Below are positions 19,560 through 27,719 of a stretch of DNA of 64,000 nt, piece after piece. Origin of the DNA: Bradymonadia bacterium (GTDB taxonomy: Bacteria > Myxococcota_A > Bradymonadia > UBA7976 > UBA1532); NCBI GenBank assembly GCA_046290225.1, contig JBKAGE010000075.1, forward strand, positions 32,001 to 96,000, written 5' to 3'. Made by a program: the position numbers and the translations under genes. The first letter of the stretch is position 1. Each line of letters begins with the position of its first letter. The notes under the pieces are model-generated. The model did not search any database. It was given only the letters and a program-made list of their open reading frames with translations, and was not told the origin of the DNA.

Positions 19560-20024
19560 TCACTGGAGCCAGGACTGCTCCATGGCCCTGCCGGCGTAGT
19601 AGATGCCTGCGGTGAATGCCAGCAGAAGCACGGCCCCGAAGAGCATGAGCAACAACACCCGCAGGCGATCTTTTCGAGGATCTCGATCGGAGCTGAGGGG
19701 GGCGAGGCGGGCGAGGGCGACGTTGAGCACGCGCTGACGATATGCGTTCACTCGAGCATCGAGACCCTGAGGATCGAGATCGCGATAGCGCTGGCCGGCG
19801 AATTCGAGCTGGCCGGCGATGGCGCAGGCCTTGATGAAGGCTTCGTGACCTTCAGCGTCGTCGAGGCGTGTGGACAACTGCTCCCACTGGGCTTCGAGCC
19901 CCTGGTGCCCGTCCGCAGACCCGCGATCGGGGGCAGGGTGCTTTTCGAAGTCGAAGCCACATCGGTGACAGGGCGCCGGGGCCGACTGGGTGTGCCCGCA
20001 CTTGGAACAGGTGTGTGTGGTCAT
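19560..20024 (-). CDS. Small membrane protein with an N-terminal zinc ribbon
   Basis: CSKCG...CHRCG, a helical middle region and a C-terminal TM helix; ATG 20024 lies just after the upstream stop. Confidence 0.65.
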   Translation of the reverse strand: MTTHTCSKCGHTQSAPAPCHRCGFDFEKHPAPDRGSADGHQGLEAQWEQLSTRLDDAEGHEAFIKACAIAGQLEFAGQRYRDLDPQGLDARVNAYRQRVLNVALARLAPLSSDRDPRKDRLRVLLLMLFGAVLLLAFTAGIYYAGRAMEQSWLQ

Positions 20025-20031
20025 GGGTGGA

Positions 20032-21696
20032 TCAGTTCCCTGCAGGTCGATCTCCACGGCGGGGGACCACCCCCTCTTCGGGCTGCACCGTGAACACGAA
20101 GAGCCCGAAGACCGCGTCGCCATTGCCATTGAATCGGGTGGTGCCCACCACACCTTCATAATCTCTCAGAGCCAGCAAACGCCTGCGGATCGTGTCCCTG
20201 CCGCCGGCCCGCTTGAGCTCGTCGCACATGATGCGTGCAGCGTCGTAGGCGTGGGCGGCGAGGGCCCCCGGGGCCTTGCCTGTGACGGTCTCGTACGCTC
20301 GGGCGAACCGGGTGCTCCTGCTGTACTCCGGGCGCCAGCCGTCGACGAAGATGGCGTTGTTGGCCTGCTCGATTTGTCGCTCCACGAGCTTGGGATCGCC
20401 AAAACCCGAGGCGCCGAGGATCTGGACCAGCTGAGGCGTCTTGCCGCTGTATTTGCCCCGCAGATCGCTCGCCAGCATGTCTCGATCGGTCTTCAGCTCG
20501 ATGTCCCAGTAGGTCAGATAGGGCAGCAGGGTGCGCAGCCGCCGGCCTCGATCAGGGATGAACAGGGCTTCGAAGTCCACCTCGGGGGCCACGTGGAGAG
20601 CGCGATCCCGGGCCTTGCGGTTGAGCTTCACCCAGCGGGGATCCTTCTTGCGGATCGAGAGCTCATAGCGGCCGATCAGCTTCTTGATGGGATCGCTGAA
20701 GTCCACATCGTTCGGACCATATGCCTGGGCTCCCCTGATCTGCCCGCCGAGGGCCTCGACGGTGCGCCAGAAGGCGCGGGTCATGGCCCGGCCGTGATCA
20801 GTGTCGGGGTACAGGATGGCGAAGCGACGGTGTCCCATGCGCTTGACGGCATAGCGGGCGAGGGTCTTCGCCTGTGCTTCGGGGGTGAGCCGGTGCCTGA
20901 AGATGAAGCTGCCCATGCGGGTGACGTCGGCCCGTGAGGTCAGCGTCATCAGAGGCACCTGAAGTCGCTGAGCCACCTGAGCGGCAGAGGCGCTCTCCAG
21001 GGCGCCGATGGGCCCCACGATGGCGGGGACCTTGTGCTCGTAGACCAGGCGCTCCACGGCGAGGGCGGCCTGCTCTGCCTTGCCTGCAGTGTCTTCGATG
21101 ACCAGCTTGATGCCGGCCCGTTTCGCCGCGATCTTGATCGAGGGCAGGGCGCTCTTCCCGATGGCGCCAAAGGGCCCGGAGAGGGGCAACACAACCCCGA
21201 GTCGGCCCCTCTGCACTGCTGCGAAGGCCTCCATTCGAGCCCTCACCTGTTCGATGCGCGCCGCCGCCGGGTGCCCGGCGCTCCGGGCCACGGCGTCCGC
21301 GAGGTGCTGACGCGCCTCTCGGGGCTTGCGCTGGTGCTCGGCGAGCAGAGCCAGACGCAGCCGGGCCCAGGGGAGGGCCGCCGGGGGCAGCTTGGGCAGC
21401 AGCTTCTGGAGCACGTCGCCGGGCAGGCCCTCGATGAGGGGGGCGTGATCTGCAGGGGGCAGGGTGCCCAGATGCTTCACCAGGGCCTCGAGCTCCTCCG
21501 CCCGGGTGGCGGGTCGCTGAGGGCTCTCGGTGAGCCCTTCGGGATCAGCCTGCGCCTCTCGCGGATCTGTGACGGGATCGTCGTCAGGGGGCGGCAAGCG
21601 CTGCTGGCCACCACACCCCATCAACATCGACAGAGCAAAGACCGAGAGCGCCCACCACATGGGGCGGTGATCACAGTGAGGTCGGGGTGATCGCAT
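20032..21696 (-). CDS. Penicillin-binding protein activator LpoA/LppC-like lipoprotein (periplasmic binding-protein fold)
   Basis: Lipobox LMGC, GVVLPLSG, IVGP, FAILYP, FEALFIPD and AYDAA. The start is either 21696 or 21660. Confidence 0.8.
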   Translation of the reverse strand: MRSPRPHCDHRPMWWALSVFALSMLMGCGGQQRLPPPDDDPVTDPREAQADPEGLTESPQRPATRAEELEALVKHLGTLPPADHAPLIEGLPGDVLQKLLPKLPPAALPWARLRLALLAEHQRKPREARQHLADAVARSAGHPAAARIEQVRARMEAFAAVQRGRLGVVLPLSGPFGAIGKSALPSIKIAAKRAGIKLVIEDTAGKAEQAALAVERLVYEHKVPAIVGPIGALESASAAQVAQRLQVPLMTLTSRADVTRMGSFIFRHRLTPEAQAKTLARYAVKRMGHRRFAILYPDTDHGRAMTRAFWRTVEALGGQIRGAQAYGPNDVDFSDPIKKLIGRYELSIRKKDPRWVKLNRKARDRALHVAPEVDFEALFIPDRGRRLRTLLPYLTYWDIELKTDRDMLASDLRGKYSGKTPQLVQILGASGFGDPKLVERQIEQANNAIFVDGWRPEYSRSTRFARAYETVTGKAPGALAAHAYDAARIMCDELKRAGGRDTIRRRLLALRDYEGVVGTTRFNGNGDAVFGLFVFTVQPEEGVVPRRGDRPAGN

Positions 21697-22774
21697 CGAG
21701 GAGCGCGTCTCCGTCATGAGGAAAGCCGATGAAGTTGGGCTCGGGCACGAGGCGGATGCCGAAAGTCTCGTGTACCCGTCGTCTGATGCCAGCGGCGAAG
21801 CAGGCGACATCGTCGGCCTTCGCCCCCGGTGAGGTGACGATGGCCAGCGTGTGCCGCGCGGAGAGCCCCACGGGCCCCCGACGCAAACCCTTGTGCAGCC
21901 CCGCCCGTTCGATGAGCCAGGCCGCTGAGAGCTTGATGCGATCTGCGGCGTCGCTCATGGGCCACTGTGGTGGATCTTCGCCGACGATGCGAGCGATCGC
22001 TTCTACCTGAGCAGGGCCCGTGATGGGGTTGGTGAAGAACGAGCCTGCAGACCGGCTGTTCGGATCATTGGGGTCGAGGACCATCGATTTGCCCCGACGC
22101 AGATCGAGCACGGTCGCTCGGGCCTCGGCGACCGAGACGTGGCTCGAGCCGGCAAACCTGCGGGCGAGCTCTCCATACGCGAGAGTGGCTGGGGCGCCAG
22201 GCCGAAGTCGCAGGGTGACGGCGGTGATGATCCAACGGCCGGGGCCGTGTTCGAGGAGATCTGCCTTGAATCGGCTGTGTCGGTAGCCAAAGGCGCAGGC
22301 TGCAGCGTCGAGGGTGACCAGACATTGTCGCATCGCGTCCCAGGCCTGGACCTCCACCAGTGTGTCTTCGAGGGCCTGACCGTAGGCGCCGATGTTCTGA
22401 ATCGGCGCCGCGCCCACCTGTCCGGGGATGCCCGAGAGACACTCCAGCCCGGCCAGATCTGCCTCCACCGTGGCCGCCACGAGGGCATCCCAGTCATGGC
22501 CGGCTTCCACCGTGAGCCACACCTCACCATCGGCCGCCTGTCGCCGTACGCCGGAGAACCCCAGGCGAACCACGAGGCCAGGGAAGCCCTCGTCGGCGAC
22601 GACCATGTTGCTGCCTCCGCCGAGGAGCAGCACCGGCAGATCTCGAGTCTGAGCCCATCGCAAGGCCGGCTCGAGGCCTTCAGGGGACTCGACCGTGACA
22701 CCCCAGCGGCCGGTGCCGCCGACCTGCAACGTGGTGTGGGCGCCCAAAGGCACATCGGGCGTAGGGTCGATCAT
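21671..22774 (-). CDS. murB: UDP-N-acetylenolpyruvoylglucosamine reductase
   Basis: LGGGSN, GIPGQVGAAPIQNIGAYG, FGYRHSRFK, SAGSFFTNP and LVPEP motifs. Confidence 0.95.
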   Translation of the reverse strand: MIDPTPDVPLGAHTTLQVGGTGRWGVTVESPEGLEPALRWAQTRDLPVLLLGGGSNMVVADEGFPGLVVRLGFSGVRRQAADGEVWLTVEAGHDWDALVAATVEADLAGLECLSGIPGQVGAAPIQNIGAYGQALEDTLVEVQAWDAMRQCLVTLDAAACAFGYRHSRFKADLLEHGPGRWIITAVTLRLRPGAPATLAYGELARRFAGSSHVSVAEARATVLDLRRGKSMVLDPNDPNSRSAGSFFTNPITGPAQVEAIARIVGEDPPQWPMSDAADRIKLSAAWLIERAGLHKGLRRGPVGLSARHTLAIVTSPGAKADDVACFAAGIRRRVHETFGIRLVPEPNFIGFPHDGDALLDAITPTSL

Positions 22775-23427
22775 GGCGCACCGTGGTGAGCATCGGCGAT
22801 CTTCGTCGCCTGGATGTCTGCCTGCTCCAGCACCCTCTGGGCCGCGACGAAGGTGGGGCCGAAGGCGAGGAAGCCATGCTCGTGGCCCGTCATCTTGATG
22901 AGCGGCTGGGCAAAGCCTGCGTCGAGCAGACGTTCTACCTCGCGACCCATCTGAGGGGTGCCGTAGGCCACGCCGGGGGCTGTGACCATCACTTCGAGGT
23001 GATCGCTGTGGGCCCAGAGGAGGGGCCCGTGGATGTGGATGATGGCGCTGGCCTCCGGGGCGGCTTCATAGAGGGCGCCGTGGGTCATCGATTCCGAGGA
23101 GGGGGCTACGGGGCCGGTGCTGGTGACGCTGTTGCTTTCGAGATCGAAGTCGATGATCTCACAGAGGTGCTCTGGCCCCAGGGTGTCCAGCCCTCCGGTG
23201 CCGGTGCCGGTGACGAGGAAACCCCCACCAGGCAGACGACAGCTCAGGTTGCCGTAGCCCACGCCCCCATATCGAGCGGGGTCCAGGCCCACGAGACCCC
23301 TGGCGTACATGCGCTGGCGACAGGCGATCAAGCCAGGGGCGAGTGCGCTGGCCTCAGGGCTCAGGGGGCCAGGGGTGTGGTGAGGGGTGAACTTGGTCAC
23401 CCCCTCGATCTCGTCGAAGGGTGCCAT
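22771..23427 (-). CDS. Class II aldolase/adducin family protein
   Basis: GNLSCR, PSSESMTHGALY, IHIH and GHEHG metal-binding motifs. Confidence 0.85.
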   Translation of the reverse strand: MAPFDEIEGVTKFTPHHTPGPLSPEASALAPGLIACRQRMYARGLVGLDPARYGGVGYGNLSCRLPGGGFLVTGTGTGGLDTLGPEHLCEIIDFDLESNSVTSTGPVAPSSESMTHGALYEAAPEASAIIHIHGPLLWAHSDHLEVMVTAPGVAYGTPQMGREVERLLDAGFAQPLIKMTGHEHGFLAFGPTFVAAQRVLEQADIQATKIADAHHGAP

Positions 23428-23456
23428 GGCGGTCTCTCGCCCGATCGAGTCGGGGT

Positions 23457-25637
23457 TCAGGCGGCGTCCAGGGCCGCCTTGAGTGCTTTGAGCGTGGCAG
23501 ATGCTGATCGGCGCTGCTCTGGGCTCATGGCCGCACCACCGAAGCGGGCTTCTTCATACATGGAGATGATCTCCCGGGCCAGAGGGAGCCCCGGGGCCCC
23601 CCGTGATTCGAGGAGATCGAGATACTCCCGCACCGTCAGGTGAGCGGGCCGGGTGATCCCGTGGCGGGCATAGAGCGACTCGAGGTTGCTGATGACGCCG
23701 ATGGTGGCTCGGGCCCGCGGATCTGCATCGCCGCCTCGGGGGCTCGACAGGCCAGGCCAGCGCCGCCAGGCCCAGCCGCCGAAGAAGACCAGGGCGAGAG
23801 CGCCGCTGATCCACAACGTGGTGTCCCCCGGGCGCCACTGCATGAAGTCTTTGGCGCCACGAAACGCCGAGCGCAGCCCCTGAGCGAAACTGCGGAGGGC
23901 CTCGATCTGAGCACCGAGATCGTACTCGATGACCCATTTGTACCAGCGCAGCTTGAGGGCATCGATGCTCTGGGCGAACCAGCTCGGTGTCTCCATGGCG
24001 ACGGCGCTCTGATCCGCCGCAGGGGTCGGATCCTGCAGCCACCACGCCCGAGGAGACTGGCCCGCCCCAGGCAACCAGATCTCGACCCAGGCGTGGGCTT
24101 CACCCTGGCGCACTGCGATGTACTCACCCACGCCGTTCCAAGTGCCACCGTGAAAGCCGTTCACGGTGCGGGCTGCGACCCCCTGGGTACGCAGGAGCAC
24201 CACCATGGCCGTGGCGAAGTACTCGCAGTGCCCCTTACGCCGGGCGAAGAGGAAGTCCTCCAACGGGGGGCGGCTGGGATCACGTTCGAGATCGAGGGTG
24301 TAGCTGTAATCCGACTTCAGGTGTCTACGGAGCCTGTGGACCACTTCGGCCACAGTGTTGGCGTCGCCAACAACTTCGTCGGCGAGGGCCTCGATCTCAG
24401 GTGAGAGATCGTCGGGCAGTTGCGTGAAGCGGCGCGCAAAGTCCTCCATCTTCGGGCGGCTCAGCGCTCTGCGGTAGTCCTCGAGGGACATCGACGCGGT
24501 GTCGGGCGCCCTCGGCGGGGCGCTGAAGGCGTCGTAGCGAAAGGCGAGGGCCCCTGTCTGGCTGTAGAAGACGTCACCGTTCTCATCGAGATCGAGGCCG
24601 CTCTGTTTGAAGGGCTGGCGCTCGTCGGTCAGGGTGATCGAGAGGAGCGGTGAGAGGCCGAAGATCACCTGCTGCTCCATGGGCTCGAGATAGATCTCCT
24701 GCCGGACCAGCCCCTCAGTTGCGTCGCGTGGTGCCCAGGGCATCGAGACGCTGCCGTCGAAGGCGACAGGCAGGCCGCGGCGGCGACGTTGCGTCTTCTT
24801 CCAGCGCTCTCCGTCGTAGTGATCGAAGCTGATGCCCCTCCAGTACAAGGGCATGGTCTGCCGGGCTTCAGGTGGATCGAGGTGCACCCGCATCACCACG
24901 GTCTTGTCCTGCTTGATGCGGCCGTGGCCGCCGAGCTCGATCTGATCGCTGAACCCCGTCATTTGCACCCCATCTCGGGCGCCCTGAGAGAGCCAGCCGA
25001 AGCCCACCCGGGGGAACAGGAAGAAGACCACCGTGGAGCCCGTGAAGATGACGATGGCGATGAGGCTGGTCATGGCCAGGAACCGTCGGGTCACGAGCCT
25101 GCGGGAGTTGAGCACGCGCTCGACCTGAACGGGGCGACCTTTCTGTGGGCCCTGCTCGTACTTGAGCAGGAAGTTCTCCTCTACCTCTCGCCGCAGGTGA
25201 AACAGCATCAGGGTCCAGGTGGCGAAGATGATGTAGCCCACAAAGGCCACCGCGAAGAGCAGCCCCGTGTTCATCGCCGTGCCGGCCACCATCTGCAGGA
25301 ACGACAGCAAGTAGAGCTGCTGCAGATCTCTCAACGCGCTGCGGTTGAAGAGCTTGTTGATCACCAGGCAGGTGAGAAAGTTCGCCCCTACAGGCAGCAG
25401 GGGGGCCCCCGAGAGCCCCTCGAGGATCGCCCAGGCCAGGGCGCCGAGGGTGAGCAGGTTCCAGACGATCGGGCTGCCGGGCTCACCGTCGGCGCGGCCC
25501 CATCGCCAGCTGAGAGGGAACGCCAGCAAGGCTGCGCCGCTGACGATGGGGTTGAGCCCGCCAGAGGTCACCAGGACCAGCGTGCTGGTGAGCACCAGCA
25601 GATAGCTCACGGTCTGATGGATGTGCCGAAAACGCAT
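23457..25637 (-). CDS. DUF3488 + transglutaminase-like membrane protein (TgpA-like)
   Basis: Multi-TM N-terminus, FPR...TGFSD, YWRG, and the catalytic triad motifs GHCEYFA, AHAWVE and DPTP. Confidence 0.9.
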   Translation of the reverse strand: MRFRHIHQTVSYLLVLTSTLVLVTSGGLNPIVSGAALLAFPLSWRWGRADGEPGSPIVWNLLTLGALAWAILEGLSGAPLLPVGANFLTCLVINKLFNRSALRDLQQLYLLSFLQMVAGTAMNTGLLFAVAFVGYIIFATWTLMLFHLRREVEENFLLKYEQGPQKGRPVQVERVLNSRRLVTRRFLAMTSLIAIVIFTGSTVVFFLFPRVGFGWLSQGARDGVQMTGFSDQIELGGHGRIKQDKTVVMRVHLDPPEARQTMPLYWRGISFDHYDGERWKKTQRRRRGLPVAFDGSVSMPWAPRDATEGLVRQEIYLEPMEQQVIFGLSPLLSITLTDERQPFKQSGLDLDENGDVFYSQTGALAFRYDAFSAPPRAPDTASMSLEDYRRALSRPKMEDFARRFTQLPDDLSPEIEALADEVVGDANTVAEVVHRLRRHLKSDYSYTLDLERDPSRPPLEDFLFARRKGHCEYFATAMVVLLRTQGVAARTVNGFHGGTWNGVGEYIAVRQGEAHAWVEIWLPGAGQSPRAWWLQDPTPAADQSAVAMETPSWFAQSIDALKLRWYKWVIEYDLGAQIEALRSFAQGLRSAFRGAKDFMQWRPGDTTLWISGALALVFFGGWAWRRWPGLSSPRGGDADPRARATIGVISNLESLYARHGITRPAHLTVREYLDLLESRGAPGLPLAREIISMYEEARFGGAAMSPEQRRSASATLKALKAALDAA

Positions 25638-26791
25638 CAGGGCGTCTCCTCGACCGGGGGCTTCTGAGGCTCGAGGCGAAGGTCGAAGGTGGCGGACATC
25701 GGCGTGTTCAGGGGGGTGGTGAGGAGGATGCGCCCACCGGAGAACCCGCCGGCGAGCTCGGGCAGGGGTGAGCCTGCAGGGCGTGTGCTCATACGCGCCA
25801 GAGCGGTCATCGCCGAACGCCAGCCGCGACGATCGGCGGTGACGAGGAACCGGTCTTCACCCAGAAGCATCGTCACCTCAGCCCCTTCGTCCACCAGATG
25901 GGCGAGCACCGAGGCGGCGAGGGTGGCCAGGGCGTCGGTCAGAGAGGCCGGGGCCATGCCCACACCTTCAGCGAGCACGTCGTGCACCACGAGCAGGATC
26001 GTCCGTGCGTGATCTGCCGCCCGCTCCCGCACGATGAGCTGTCCGGTGCGGGCGGAGCGTTTCCAGTGCACTGATTTGATGTCGTCCCCCGGGCGGTGGG
26101 CCCTCAGGCCGTGGAACTCCTGCCCGTGGCCACGGGCTTGGCGGGGTTGCTGCCCCTGGCGCCCGCTCATTTGATGCAGCAAGGGGCTCACGGGCTCGAT
26201 GGCGGGGTACACCAGCAACGTGGTCGACACATCGGCCCGCTTGAGCTTGCGGAAGAAGCCAAAGGGGAAGCGGGTGCTCAGGGTGCTGCTGGTGAGATGG
26301 TGCTCGCCTCGCCGGGGGCACGTCATGCGATAGCTCGTCTGCAGGGTGGATTCTGGGGGGAGCTTCAAGAAAAAGCATTTCTTGGCGGTCTCCTGCCCTT
26401 CGAGGTGGTCTTCCACTTCGAGGCTGAAGCTGGGCACCCGGCGCTTGTTGTTGGTGAGGGTGATCTGCGTCAGGAACGGCACCCCCGCGTAGATCTCCCC
26501 GGGGGGCTGTCGGGTGAGGGAGAGGCTGCGCAGAGCGAGTTCAGAGAGCACCCCGCTCACCACGATCATCGACAACTGCATGCCCAGGAGCAGATAGAGC
26601 AGGTTGTTGCCCGTGTTGATGGCGGCAAAGCCCACGGTGAGTGTGAGGCCCACGAAGGCCTGACCGGTGCCGGTGAACTTGAGGCGCGTGCGTCGACCCC
26701 CACGTCGCCGGCGGCGCCATCGGACGAGGCGGACCACCGCCACAACCACCAACAAGAGCAGGATCACAGGGAACCAGTGCATGCTCGTCAT
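25637..26791 (-). CDS. DUF58 domain protein
   Basis: AAINTGNNLLYL, TRFPFG and EFHGLRAHRPGDDIKSVHWKRSAR. The start is ATG 26791 or 26782. Confidence 0.9.
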   Translation of the reverse strand: MTSMHWFPVILLLLVVVAVVRLVRWRRRRRGGRRTRLKFTGTGQAFVGLTLTVGFAAINTGNNLLYLLLGMQLSMIVVSGVLSELALRSLSLTRQPPGEIYAGVPFLTQITLTNNKRRVPSFSLEVEDHLEGQETAKKCFFLKLPPESTLQTSYRMTCPRRGEHHLTSSTLSTRFPFGFFRKLKRADVSTTLLVYPAIEPVSPLLHQMSGRQGQQPRQARGHGQEFHGLRAHRPGDDIKSVHWKRSARTGQLIVRERAADHARTILLVVHDVLAEGVGMAPASLTDALATLAASVLAHLVDEGAEVTMLLGEDRFLVTADRRGWRSAMTALARMSTRPAGSPLPELAGGFSGGRILLTTPLNTPMSATFDLRLEPQKPPVEETP

Positions 26792-26875
26792 GATGCCCGC
26801 TGAGGGGTGATCGGCGCGAACTTGCCGCACAGGGCGACGGCAGGTATCACAGGGGGCGCTCCAACTGAGGAAGAG

Positions 26876-27640
26876 ATGCAGGTACTCTACAACGACGGGG
26901 TACAGGTCGGGCGAATCACCTTTGATCCTCGACGCAGAGTCCCCGTGGCCTTCTGGACCCACCGGCCGGCGAAACGCCCCGCCGGGGGTCGGATTCTCAC
27001 CAGCGACGGTCTTGCTCGCCGATGGCCCGGCACCATCGGGCTGCCCATCGGTCACAGCGGCGTGGCCATGGGGTTGCGTCTCGAGCTGCTCGCCTCAGGT
27101 TATGGGGCCTCCGGGGTGGCGGTCATGGCCACCCGGGCCGGCCTGCGCACCCTGGTTGTGGGCCCCACGAGCACTCGGCTGGTGCCCAGAGCTGCGGAGC
27201 GCATGGTTTTGTGGGTGCCGCCCGTGCGGGATCCGAAGGGACCTCACGCCGGCAACCTGATCCACTGGCTCAAGGCGCACTTGACCACAGCGCACGACGA
27301 TCGCCTCGTGGTCCCCGATGGCGCCACCGCCGAGGTGGTGTGTCAGGTCCTCGCCCAGGCTGGGGTGCCCTCTGTGGCCCCCAAGTGGCTCGGCGGCGGG
27401 CGCTGGCGCCCGGGGGCGCTGCGCATCAGCACCGCCGGTGAGGGCCTCCTCGTCGACGCCCGGCCCCAGGCGGACTGGCCGTGGCTCGCCGATCTCGTCG
27501 AGGCCGTGGCCCCAGAGCAGCTCTGGCTTCACGGCCCGGGCGCCGCGGACTTCGGTGCCGCGCTGAGCGCCGAGGGCTGGCCTGTGCACTTGCTCACCTC
27601 GCCGGCCCAGCTGCCCCTCGTACCTGTGCCCGTGCGCTGA
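26876..27640 (+). CDS. Hypothetical protein, probably a degenerate metallo-beta-lactamase-fold nuclease homolog
   Basis: GAGG RBS. The C-terminal ADWPWLADLVEAVAPEQLWLHG resembles the RMMBL motif, but the canonical His motifs are missing. Confidence 0.55.
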   Translation: MQVLYNDGVQVGRITFDPRRRVPVAFWTHRPAKRPAGGRILTSDGLARRWPGTIGLPIGHSGVAMGLRLELLASGYGASGVAVMATRAGLRTLVVGPTSTRLVPRAAERMVLWVPPVRDPKGPHAGNLIHWLKAHLTTAHDDRLVVPDGATAEVVCQVLAQAGVPSVAPKWLGGGRWRPGALRISTAGEGLLVDARPQADWPWLADLVEAVAPEQLWLHGPGAADFGAALSAEGWPVHLLTSPAQLPLVPVPVR

Positions 27641-27719
27641 CCCCAGCGCTGACGATTGGCGCCCTCGATCCGGGTCATCAGGAGACTGGGCCTTCGGGGC
27701 CTGCTACACTGCGCCGCCT

